Below, one piece after another: positions 56,427-64,000 of a stretch of DNA of 64,000 nt (position 1 is its first letter; each line of letters begins with the position of its first letter). Below the pieces are notes generated by a model. That model searched no databases, was not told where the DNA came from, and saw only the letters and a list, made by a program, of their open reading frames with translations. Where the stretch lies: the NCBI GenBank assembly GCA_963828495.1, contig CAWHFJ010000014.1, forward strand, positions 105,538 through 169,537, read 5' to 3'. The DNA is from Candidatus Omnitrophota bacterium (GTDB lineage Bacteria; Omnitrophota; Gorgyraeia; Zapsychrales; Fredricksoniimonadaceae). The translations under genes and the position numbers were made by a program.

Positions 56427-58376
56427 TTACTGATCTCTCCCTGATGCCTTCTTAAGTTCATTGATAAAATTAGGATCAACACTGGCCCCTAATCCTTCTG
56501 CTTGATGCACATCGCCCCAAGCCTTGTCATATTCTTCTAGCTGAGAATAAATAAAAGCCCGGTTGTATAAAGCCTCGGGGAACTTAGGATTTATTTCAAT
56601 GGCTTTATTATAATCAACTATAGCTTGAGTTAAATTGCCTTGTTTGATCCAGGCAACGCCACGGTCGTAAAAAGCCTGTGCAGACTGAGGATTTATTTCA
56701 ATAGCTCTATTATAATCAACCATCGCTTGAGGGAAGTTGCCTTGTTGACTATAAATATTCCCACGGTTAATAAATGGTTCCGGCTGCCCCGGGGTTACTT
56801 CAATCTCCTTGCTATAATCCCACAGAGCTTGGGGTAAATTACCTTGTTTGTTATGGATAAGGCCAAGGTTAAAATAAGCCGGATACTTAGGATTGATGGC
56901 AATAGCTTTATGATAATCAGACAAAGCTTGGGACCAATGACCTTGATTGTAATAGATAACACCCCGATTATTATAAGCACTATCATAGTTAGGATTGATT
57001 TCAATGGCCTTATTATAAGCCCACAGAGCTTGAGCAAAATTACCTTGTTTGTAGTAAAAAATACCGCATCTGTCATATGGTCTTGCTTTATGCGGAGATT
57101 TTTGGACTGCGTCATTCCATAAAGTGAAATCATCCCTCCAAACTTTGTTTCTTTGATAAGTCAATACAGAATACCAGGCTATTATCATCATTAAAGCAAT
57201 AACCATCGTTTGAATAGTCTTCTTTTCCAAAAGATAATACACGCCGCTGACTAAAAACATGCTATACCCCACTAAAGGTAAATAAAGTCTGTGTTCAAAA
57301 ATGACATCCTGGGCCGGTAAAAGACTTGATTCAGGCGCCAGGGTCAAGAAAAACCAAAAGATGGAAAAAGATACCCATCTGTACTTGAGGAACAATCGTT
57401 TGGCGCAAAAAAGAATAGTTATCAAAAACACAAAGCTGATGAATACCGGCCATTCAAAAATACTTCTAAAAACGGGATAATCATAATCCAAGTTCTGGTT
57501 AAACGGCAGGAAGGCCAATCTTATATAGGTGACAACTACCCTGAATTGAGTCAAAAGATAATGCATAGGAGATATGCCGCCAGGCCCCTGGGTGACATCC
57601 TGGATCTCATGCAATAAACTTGACTTGGTCAACCACATGGTGAAGGGAATAATAAATAAAGTCAGCAAGAATGGGCCTATACGCTTCCAATCTAAATTTT
57701 TCTTAGTTTCAAAAAAGCTAAACTCATAAAATACAATCATCAGCGGTAAAGTGACGGCTATTTCTTTAGTAAACATAGCCGCAACGACTGTTATCAGTGA
57801 AAAAATGTAATACAATCTTCCCAGCCCCGAACTTGGTCTGTCATCTTGTAGCAACCTCGATTGGGCATAAAAACTTAAAGAGGCTAAGTAAAACAACGTC
57901 GCCATTGAAGCAGCCCGTTGATAAATATATGTTACCGCTTCGGTTTGAAGGGGGTGTGCTACAAATACCAGGCCTGCACATAAAGCCATGAGATTGGCAT
58001 GGCGAGTGATCCTTTGCTCTTTCATGGCAGGGGTCGAAAGAGTCAAAAGAACAAGCCACCAGACTAAAATGGCTGTGGCCACGTGGACCATCAGATTAAA
58101 CACATGATAGCCAAACACATCGAGCTGATGAAAATGATAGTTAAGGGCCAATGAAAGTAACGTGACAAAACGGCAAGGATAAAATGCCCAGACCTCCGAC
58201 AGATGATGGATATTTCTTATAGCAAAATTATCGGTTATATTCTGGTCATCCAGATGAAATGAGCAATAAAAAGTATTGGCATAAACGCTAATGCCTAGAC
58301 AAGAAATAATAATTATTGAAAACAATCTAATATAAGACGATCTCAAAATTAATTTCCATTCGTGTTGATAAACCAT
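56427..58376 (-). CDS. GT-C-type membrane protein with C-terminal TPR repeats (TMTC/PMT-like)
   Basis: 649 aa with about 10-11 TM segments. The first loop carries FHLDDQNITDN (the acidic DD motif of GT-C enzymes). The C-terminus has about 7 TPR units (for example AYNKAIEINPNYDSAYNNRGVIYYNQG). Confidence 0.8.
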   Translation of the reverse strand: MVYQHEWKLILRSSYIRLFSIIIISCLGISVYANTFYCSFHLDDQNITDNFAIRNIHHLSEVWAFYPCRFVTLLSLALNYHFHQLDVFGYHVFNLMVHVATAILVWWLVLLTLSTPAMKEQRITRHANLMALCAGLVFVAHPLQTEAVTYIYQRAASMATLFYLASLSFYAQSRLLQDDRPSSGLGRLYYIFSLITVVAAMFTKEIAVTLPLMIVFYEFSFFETKKNLDWKRIGPFLLTLFIIPFTMWLTKSSLLHEIQDVTQGPGGISPMHYLLTQFRVVVTYIRLAFLPFNQNLDYDYPVFRSIFEWPVFISFVFLITILFCAKRLFLKYRWVSFSIFWFFLTLAPESSLLPAQDVIFEHRLYLPLVGYSMFLVSGVYYLLEKKTIQTMVIALMMIIAWYSVLTYQRNKVWRDDFTLWNDAVQKSPHKARPYDRCGIFYYKQGNFAQALWAYNKAIEINPNYDSAYNNRGVIYYNQGHWSQALSDYHKAIAINPKYPAYFNLGLIHNKQGNLPQALWDYSKEIEVTPGQPEPFINRGNIYSQQGNFPQAMVDYNRAIEINPQSAQAFYDRGVAWIKQGNLTQAIVDYNKAIEINPKFPEALYNRAFIYSQLEEYDKAWGDVHQAEGLGASVDPNFINELKKASGRDQ

Positions 58377-58384
58377 CGGGCGGA

Positions 58385-59860
58385 CTATTTTTCTGAAAAT
58401 ACATCAGCAGTAAAAACGTACAGGGATACGTTAGGGTCTTTCCATGCGTCCGGAGGCAGGCCTGCTTTTTGACTGCAGAGCTCTGATAGAAACTCTTCTT
58501 TGCTCCATCCGGTTTCATCCGCCACCTGCGGCAGAAAAACCCCTTGACGATTGCCGTCGCTGACAATCACTCCATGCTTGCCTAATACAATGTCCGAGGC
58601 GTCCACAACCTTGCGGGGTTTCGAGAGAACAGAAATCTCCACGTCAATGTCTTTTAATTCCGCCGGTGTCACGGGGCTAAAACGCGGGTCCTGAGAGCTG
58701 GCAGCAACTGCCATATCACGCACTGTTTCATACAAAGGCTGTTGCCCGATGATATTGCCGATGCATCCGCGCAAAGCCCCATGCTTGCGGATAGTGACAA
58801 AGGCCCCTTCAATCTCATTAAGCCTTGCATCCTGCGTCGTCACGTCAGGCACCTTGCCGGTTTTAACAAAAGCCTCGATGGTGCCACGGGCGATTTTCAA
58901 AAGTTCCTTTTTCTGCGCCGGGCTTAATGCCGCAACCCCCTGGTCTTGACGTTTCCCCTGCCCTAAAAGGTCCGAATAAAAAATGATCGATGAATAGCCC
59001 ACCACACGGGTTTTGTCACCCGCCGTGTCTCCGGAATTAGCGTGCTTTAAAACTTCCACGTGTCGGATCCCTCGTAATCGGGCCAGAATCAAGGCCGTGG
59101 TCACCGGTACAAATCCGCACATTTCCATTTTGCGGCTGATACACCCTTCAAAAAATTTCTTAGGGTCAATGTCCTGGATAGCCTTGAGGGTACGCGCATC
59201 CATGCTGTTAGCTACATCGTAGGTAAAATAATGAGACATATCTGAACTGATTAAAACCAAAACATCATCCCGCTGGCCTATAAGTTTATCCAAAGCGACG
59301 GCCAAATCCCGACAGACTTTTGCGTCGGGGTCTCCCATCAGGATAGGCACAATATGTATACCCTTAAAGGTTTTCTGCAAAAACGGCAATTCTACTTCAA
59401 CAGAATGCTCGCGCTCAAAAACCTGCGGCAAAAATTGAAATTCAGGATTTTCCTTTAAAAGAGCTTGGGCAAAATCTTCATCCACCGGCAGCGTCCCTAA
59501 AGGTGTCTTAAATCCACCGGCACGCCATACGGAAATACCTTCAAAAGGAAAATAATGACTGGGGCCGATAACAACCACGGTCTTATAGGGGTTACGGGCA
59601 ATGGCCTTAAAGGTATACGCGGCAACCGGCCCAGAATATATATAACCCGCATGCGGGGCAATAGCTATCAAAACTTTCCGGTTAGCAGGGACACCGCCGG
59701 CGGATTGCTCAAAATAATCAATGGAGTCCGATAGTTCTTTTGGATCGGCGCTATAAAAACCACCAGCGACATTAGGTTCTTTGATCATATCCCCACCCCA
59801 AGATTGAATGGAAAAACCCATAAGTCCTATCAATAGAAAAATAATATTCTTCATACCCAA
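58385..59860 (-). CDS. Memo-like (AmmeMemoRadiSam B) and AMMECR1 (A) fusion protein with a hydrophobic N-terminal leader
   Basis: 491 aa. The leader MGMKNIIFLLIGLMGFSIQSWGG is followed by NVAGGFYSADPKEL..AIAPHAGYIYSG (Memo). The C-terminal half contains GAFVTIRKHGALRGCIGN (AMMECR1). Confidence 0.85.
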   Translation of the reverse strand: MGMKNIIFLLIGLMGFSIQSWGGDMIKEPNVAGGFYSADPKELSDSIDYFEQSAGGVPANRKVLIAIAPHAGYIYSGPVAAYTFKAIARNPYKTVVVIGPSHYFPFEGISVWRAGGFKTPLGTLPVDEDFAQALLKENPEFQFLPQVFEREHSVEVELPFLQKTFKGIHIVPILMGDPDAKVCRDLAVALDKLIGQRDDVLVLISSDMSHYFTYDVANSMDARTLKAIQDIDPKKFFEGCISRKMEMCGFVPVTTALILARLRGIRHVEVLKHANSGDTAGDKTRVVGYSSIIFYSDLLGQGKRQDQGVAALSPAQKKELLKIARGTIEAFVKTGKVPDVTTQDARLNEIEGAFVTIRKHGALRGCIGNIIGQQPLYETVRDMAVAASSQDPRFSPVTPAELKDIDVEISVLSKPRKVVDASDIVLGKHGVIVSDGNRQGVFLPQVADETGWSKEEFLSELCSQKAGLPPDAWKDPNVSLYVFTADVFSEK

Positions 59861-59875
59861 AAATACCTAGCATCC

Positions 59876-60313
59876 TCACTTCTTATCAAAATAAGAATCC
59901 AGACTGAATTTCCCCGCGCGGGGTATGTTGCGTAATAATAAAAACGTCAACAACAAACTGGCGCTGTCTAAAACAATCTCCATCCGGGGTTTTAAATGGA
60001 TCAAGTCGCCGAAACAGCCGCAATTTTCAAGCGGCAGTCCTCGCATCAGCGCCTGCCCCAGCATCACCACAAAAATGCCGAAACAAATTAATGCACCTCT
60101 TAACGCCCACGGCGTCCATAACCCTATAAAAATAAAGACCCCCATGATCAATTCTATCCACGGGAAAATTTGAGCCACCAAAACCTCGATGGGAGACGGT
60201 AACGCCTGATAGGCCTGAATGGCATACAAAAAATTCTGGTAAGGGCTCAAGAGTTTTTCTAAGCCTGAAACTAAAAAAATACTGCCGATTATTAGACGTA
60301 CTAAAACCCACAT
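59876..60313 (-). CDS. MauE/DoxX-family membrane protein
   Basis: 145 aa from the ATG at 60313, 1 nt after the DsbA-like stop. Has 4 TM segments and an ENCGCFG motif. The track ORF's upstream extension overlaps the preceding gene. Confidence 0.75.
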   Translation of the reverse strand: MWVLVRLIIGSIFLVSGLEKLLSPYQNFLYAIQAYQALPSPIEVLVAQIFPWIELIMGVFIFIGLWTPWALRGALICFGIFVVMLGQALMRGLPLENCGCFGDLIHLKPRMEIVLDSASLLLTFLLLRNIPRAGKFSLDSYFDKK

Positions 60314-60314
60314 A

Positions 60315-60929
60315 TTATTTACCGGAAGGAAAATATTGGTTAAGCTCTTCTTCCAAAGATTTAGTCCCCACGACCATTTTATTATTAATAAAATAGGTCG
60401 GTGTAGAGCTAATCCCCAAAGACTGCCCCAAAGCCTTCTCATCGTTAATGGCACGACGCGCATCATCCGATGCCAGGCAACCCTCGAGCTTGGGTATGTC
60501 TATCCCGGCTTGCAGGGCCATCGACTTAAACACCGGTTCAGCGCTAATTAATTGCGCCCACTGGCTTTGCTGAGGCATCATCAGATCATTCAAAGCCCAA
60601 AATTTTCCCTGGCGCGCGGCGCATTCACTGTAAAGAGCGCTGACCATGGCATGACGGTGCATATTGGTCAGCGGAAAATATTTGACCTGCAAATGGATAT
60701 CATTCGGATACTTATCAAGATATGTGCCTAAAATTCTTACCCCGTTAGCACAAGCCGGGCATTGAAAATCAATAAATTCCACGACTTTGACACGGGCCTG
60801 GGGATTGCCTTTAGAACGCGCCTGCTTGAGATCAAGCTCCTGATGCCGGGCGCCCAGAAAAAATTTAGCCCCCCCTATAAGTACCACTAAAACCAACACA
60901 ATCAAAAAAGTCAATCGTTGTTTATTCAT
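60315..60929 (-). CDS. DsbA-like thioredoxin-fold thiol:disulfide oxidoreductase
   Basis: 204 aa with an N-terminal anchor or signal (RLTFLIVLVLVVLIGGA). The active site reads FIDFQCPACANG. Confidence 0.85.
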   Translation of the reverse strand: MNKQRLTFLIVLVLVVLIGGAKFFLGARHQELDLKQARSKGNPQARVKVVEFIDFQCPACANGVRILGTYLDKYPNDIHLQVKYFPLTNMHRHAMVSALYSECAARQGKFWALNDLMMPQQSQWAQLISAEPVFKSMALQAGIDIPKLEGCLASDDARRAINDEKALGQSLGISSTPTYFINNKMVVGTKSLEEELNQYFPSGK

Positions 60930-62469
60930 AGCGCAACCTGCCTGTCTTTTTCATCATACGAGCAATCTTGCGGCTTAACAATGGGGTCAGCGCATTAGCA
61001 CGAAGACGCCATTGCCAATTATGGGCCTTAGTGGCCGGAGTATTCATACGTCCTTCTTCCCCTAAACCCAAAAAATCCGCCATAGGAATGACCACGGTAT
61101 CCGCACGAGAACGCATCAAAACCTCAATCATGATCCAGTGCAAATCCCGCAGGACAACTCTTTTCTGCAAAACCATGGCGATATTAACACGCTCATGGGG
61201 TTTAGCTTCTCCATAATACCATCCCTGGATGGTGTTATTATCATGCGTCCCGGTATAAGCGACACAATTCGCCGGATAATTGGCCGGCACGTGCGGATTG
61301 GTGTAAGGGTCTCCGCCGAAAGCGAACAATAATACCCGCATGCCCGGAAACCCGAATTTTTTCATAAGCTCAACGACATCCGGCGTTATTTCTCCCAAAT
61401 CTTCTGCAATAATGGGCAAAGACTTGAACCGACGCCCCAGCACCCTGAAGAAATGCGCTCCCGGGCCTTTGGCCCAACGGCCGAAAACCGCCAATTTCTC
61501 ATGCGCCGGAATTTGCCAAAAGGCGGCAAACCCGCGAAAATGATCAATGCGCAAATAATCAAACATCTGCAAGGCATGCATGATACGCGCGATCCACCAG
61601 GCGTACCCGGTCCTTTTCAAATGCACCCAGTCATAAACAGGATTGCCCCAGCGCTGTCCGGTCCTGGAAAAATAATCCGGAGGACATCCGCTGATAAATT
61701 TCAGGCGCCCTTCATCGTCAAGTTTAAAAAACGAGGGATGCCGCCAGACATCAATGCTATCGTAATTGACATAAATAGGGATGTCCCCGATAATGGCAAT
61801 ATGCTTAAGCCCCGCATAGGCTTTAAGCTTGTGCCATTGACGAAAAAACAGATATTGAATAAATTTAACCCGATCTATATCGGCACAGTACTTACGGGAA
61901 AATCTCTTTAAAGCGTCAGGCTTGCGATTTTTGAGCGACGGTGGCCATTCATTCCAACAGCGACCGCCATACACCGATTTAATGACCGAAAACAAAGCAA
62001 AATCATCCAACCAGTCTTTCTGAGCCTTAATAAAACAATCGAAATCCTCAACTACCGTCCCCTGAGCGCCCCCACGCGACTGAATAATAGGCCTGGCGGG
62101 GTTTTTTTGAAACCGCCCAAAGGCCCGCTTAAAAATTCTTTCTTTAAAAACCCTCACCTTAGGATAATCCACCTCTCCCCCCTCAAAAGATGCCGGGGGC
62201 CTGACATCAGACGCGGATAGAAAACCTTCAATAACCATCATCTCAGGAGAGATTAATAAAGGATTTCCGGCAAAAACGCAAGAACAGCTATACGGCGAAT
62301 TGCCGTTAATGCCGTCGGTGGGATTGATCGGCAAAATCTGCCAGTATCTTTGTTGGGCTACGACTAAAAAATCCACAAAGGCATAGGCAAAAGAGCCCAT
62401 GTCCCCAATGCCATACTTGGAGGGGAGCGATGTAATGTGCAGTAAAATACCGCTTTGACGTTTATCCAT
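60922..62469 (-). CDS. malQ: 4-alpha-glucanotransferase (amylomaltase, GH77)
   Basis: 515 aa. Contains SGILLHITSLPSKYGIGDMG and ..YWQILPINPT.. as well as ..TGTHDNNT... Confidence 0.92.
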   Translation of the reverse strand: MDKRQSGILLHITSLPSKYGIGDMGSFAYAFVDFLVVAQQRYWQILPINPTDGINGNSPYSCSCVFAGNPLLISPEMMVIEGFLSASDVRPPASFEGGEVDYPKVRVFKERIFKRAFGRFQKNPARPIIQSRGGAQGTVVEDFDCFIKAQKDWLDDFALFSVIKSVYGGRCWNEWPPSLKNRKPDALKRFSRKYCADIDRVKFIQYLFFRQWHKLKAYAGLKHIAIIGDIPIYVNYDSIDVWRHPSFFKLDDEGRLKFISGCPPDYFSRTGQRWGNPVYDWVHLKRTGYAWWIARIMHALQMFDYLRIDHFRGFAAFWQIPAHEKLAVFGRWAKGPGAHFFRVLGRRFKSLPIIAEDLGEITPDVVELMKKFGFPGMRVLLFAFGGDPYTNPHVPANYPANCVAYTGTHDNNTIQGWYYGEAKPHERVNIAMVLQKRVVLRDLHWIMIEVLMRSRADTVVIPMADFLGLGEEGRMNTPATKAHNWQWRLRANALTPLLSRKIARMMKKTGRLRYE

Positions 62470-64000
62470 GCATGATTAACTTATTAGGGGCGATATTGAC
62501 CTCCAGGATCTCCCCCAGATGTTCAAAAAGCTTCACCCAGCGGCCTGCTAATTCATCCGATGATGCCTGAGCAATGATGCCGGGATAAATTTTGCGGCCC
62601 ATGGCGAAATAAATATTTTGCGTCTTCCACAAATCCAGGTCCAGATTCAGTTGCCCTAAAAATTCCAAAATGGCGATGATTTTCTCCATGAGCAGAATGT
62701 TTTCAGGGTACTCGGCTAAACGCTTCATCAGGCTGCTGATCCGCTGGCTGGCCAGAAAGGTGAAATTCGCCTGATCACGTTTGAAAGACCAGCGCTTCAT
62801 CTCCTCAACCAGCTTTTTAAAACGCTCAATATCCACCTCCTCGGCTTCGAGGACGGCAAAAATGTCGCGATTGAGAATAAATTCCACCACCGTCATCAAC
62901 ATACGCGGCAGCGGCAGACGGATTTCATTCTTGATCTGCATCAAAGGATAATGGTGATCATAAATCTGGCGGAAACTCGTTTCAATATCATCCATCGTCG
63001 ATGACAAAACCTGGTTGAGAATTTTTTTCTGCTCCTCTTTAAACAGATGCCAAAGAGAATAATTGTTATATTTAAAATAGTCTTTAATAAAACCTATGAG
63101 ATTAGGAATATCACTCTCTAAAAAAGCGTTGATCAGGCGCGTGCGCATTTTCCCATATTCATCGGCATTTAAATAGTCAACCCCACCGATAAAATTATGG
63201 TCCCCTAAATGCAAGACCGCGAAACAAATGTGCGCCATCTCCCAAGTTTCTTTGGAACGCACCAGCGCACGACCCACCGCCAACCGCAGGCGTCCCGCCT
63301 CTTTAAGATCATACTGTTCGCTGGTGACGGTATAACTATACATGTTTGTTTTGGCCGCATATTGTTCAAATAAAGACGTCATCGCATAATGGGCCCCCAC
63401 ACGCAAAAGGTCTACGACGGAAGGCTTGACCATGGTGCGGTAAATATGTGCACCGTCTTTTAATTCGGGCACATTACTGACCGCCAACGACAAACGGCTT
63501 AAAAATTTCTCTTCCAGCTCCGCCCCGGCGACATCATGGGCCAATTGGATCGTGCGTGCGGCATATTTAAGGATTTGCACCGTCTCTATCCCGGAAATCT
63601 CGTTAAAAAACCAGCCGCAAGAAGTATACATCAGCATGGCATTGGTCTGCATTTCCAACAGTTTGAGAATCTTAATTTTCTCGACTTCCTTGAGGGGGCG
63701 GCCCGCAACGTTTTGCAAAAACCGCTCCATATTCTCTTCACGTCTATCTAAGATGACTGAAATATACCCATCCCGTATGCCCCAAGGGTCCTTTGTAAAA
63801 TCAGCCATTTGAGTTTCATATAAAGACACGATACTATCACGCAGCCAATCCAAAGCCTGGCGTAAAGGGGAGCGCCATTTTTGATTCCACCCCGTCCCCC
63901 CTCCGGTCTTACAACCACAATCCGAACGCCAGCGCTCAATACCATGAACGCAACTCCAGGAAGAATGTTCAACGATTTCTACATCTTGGAGGGGCGGGCA
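62462..64000 (-). CDS. GH57-type alpha-glucan enzyme, C-terminal part (N-terminal part lies beyond the window end)
   Basis: The track ORF starts at the TTG at 63853. The same frame stays open to 64000 and reads CPPLQDVEIVEHSSWSCVHGIERWRSDCGCKTGGGTGWNQKWRSPLRQALDWLRDS. The SSWSC.HG.ERWR.DCGC block is one I associate with GH57/DUF3536-type proteins. Confidence 0.75.
   Translation of the reverse strand, partial: CPPLQDVEIVEHSSWSCVHGIERWRSDCGCKTGGGTGWNQKWRSPLRQALDWLRDSIVSLYETQMADFTKDPWGIRDGYISVILDRREENMERFLQNVAGRPLKEVEKIKILKLLEMQTNAMLMYTSCGWFFNEISGIETVQILKYAARTIQLAHDVAGAELEEKFLSRLSLAVSNVPELKDGAHIYRTMVKPSVVDLLRVGAHYAMTSLFEQYAAKTNMYSYTVTSEQYDLKEAGRLRLAVGRALVRSKETWEMAHICFAVLHLGDHNFIGGVDYLNADEYGKMRTRLINAFLESDIPNLIGFIKDYFKYNNYSLWHLFKEEQKKILNQVLSSTMDDIETSFRQIYDHHYPLMQIKNEIRLPLPRMLMTVVEFILNRDIFAVLEAEEVDIERFKKLVEEMKRWSFKRDQANFTFLASQRISSLMKRLAEYPENILLMEKIIAILEFLGQLNLDLDLWKTQNIYFAMGRKIYPGIIAQASSDELAGRWVKLFEHLGEILEVNIAPNKLIMHG

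Noticed and set aside
56427-57130. Roughly 102-nt periodicity in the DNA, considered as a possible tandem repeat or CRISPR-like array.
   Set aside because: The periodicity reflects the 34-aa TPR units of a continuous ORF. The units are divergent at the nucleotide level and show no repeat-spacer structure.
63748-63972. 74-aa minus-strand ORF near the window end.
   Set aside because: It overlaps the open GH57-type frame in a different frame and has no recognisable features.
1-64000. A search for mobile elements, integrases, IS inverted repeats, CRISPR arrays and rRNA genes.
   Set aside because: None were seen. The only exact long repeat is the 32-mer inside the giant ORF. The tRNA genes are not flanked by integrase-like ORFs.

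Overview
This is a 64-kb bacterial chromosomal segment. Every gene I can support (about 66 CDS and 2 tRNAs) is on the minus strand, with very short or overlapping junctions. In transcription order (high to low coordinates) the window contains the following.

- **Alpha-glucan genes:** a GH57-type gene cut by the window edge, then malQ.
- **Envelope and redox genes:** a DsbA-like protein, a MauE/DoxX protein, a Memo-AMMECR1 fusion with a hydrophobic leader, a GT-C+TPR membrane protein, and a SEDS protein.
- **An 11-kb type IVa pilus assembly cluster:** an MshEN-only protein, two tandem PilB-type ATPases, a second MshEN-only protein, pilC, an exported coiled-coil protein, and pilMNOPQ. No pilin, PilD or PilT gene is present in the window.
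- **Housekeeping genes:** rng, rplU, obg, proBA, nadD, a phosphohexomutase, and plsC.
- **One uninterrupted 7.5-kb ORF** encoding a 2,501-aa multidomain protein with a signal peptide.
- **The translation and transcription core:** rpsA, tyrS, tRNA-Thr, rpmG, tRNA-Trp, secE, nusG, rplKAJL, rpoBC, rpsLG, fusA, tuf, the S10/spc ribosomal operons, secY, and adk (cut by the window edge).

Items worth a second look:
1. The AT-rich giant ORF. It has enzyme-like modules (a GT30/WaaA-like half, a GNAT-like domain, and possibly kinase- and PP2C-like remnants), conserved-looking end domains of unknown function, and a 32-nt exact internal repeat.
2. A two-hairpin RNA element in two copies, each swallowing the UGA stop of tuf or rplL, with compensatory base changes between copies.
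3. An apparent 1-nt frameshift in rplD.
4. The pilus cluster, where the stand-alone MshEN proteins match the c-di-GMP-binding motif better than the ATPases' own N-domains do.
5. Two candidate leaderless promoters.

I saw no CRISPR array, transposase, integrase or rRNA. All family assignments come from motifs recognised by eye. No database search or folding program was run. The lineage looks non-proteobacterial and possibly uncultivated (an Omnitrophota/PVC-like impression), but that is only a guess.
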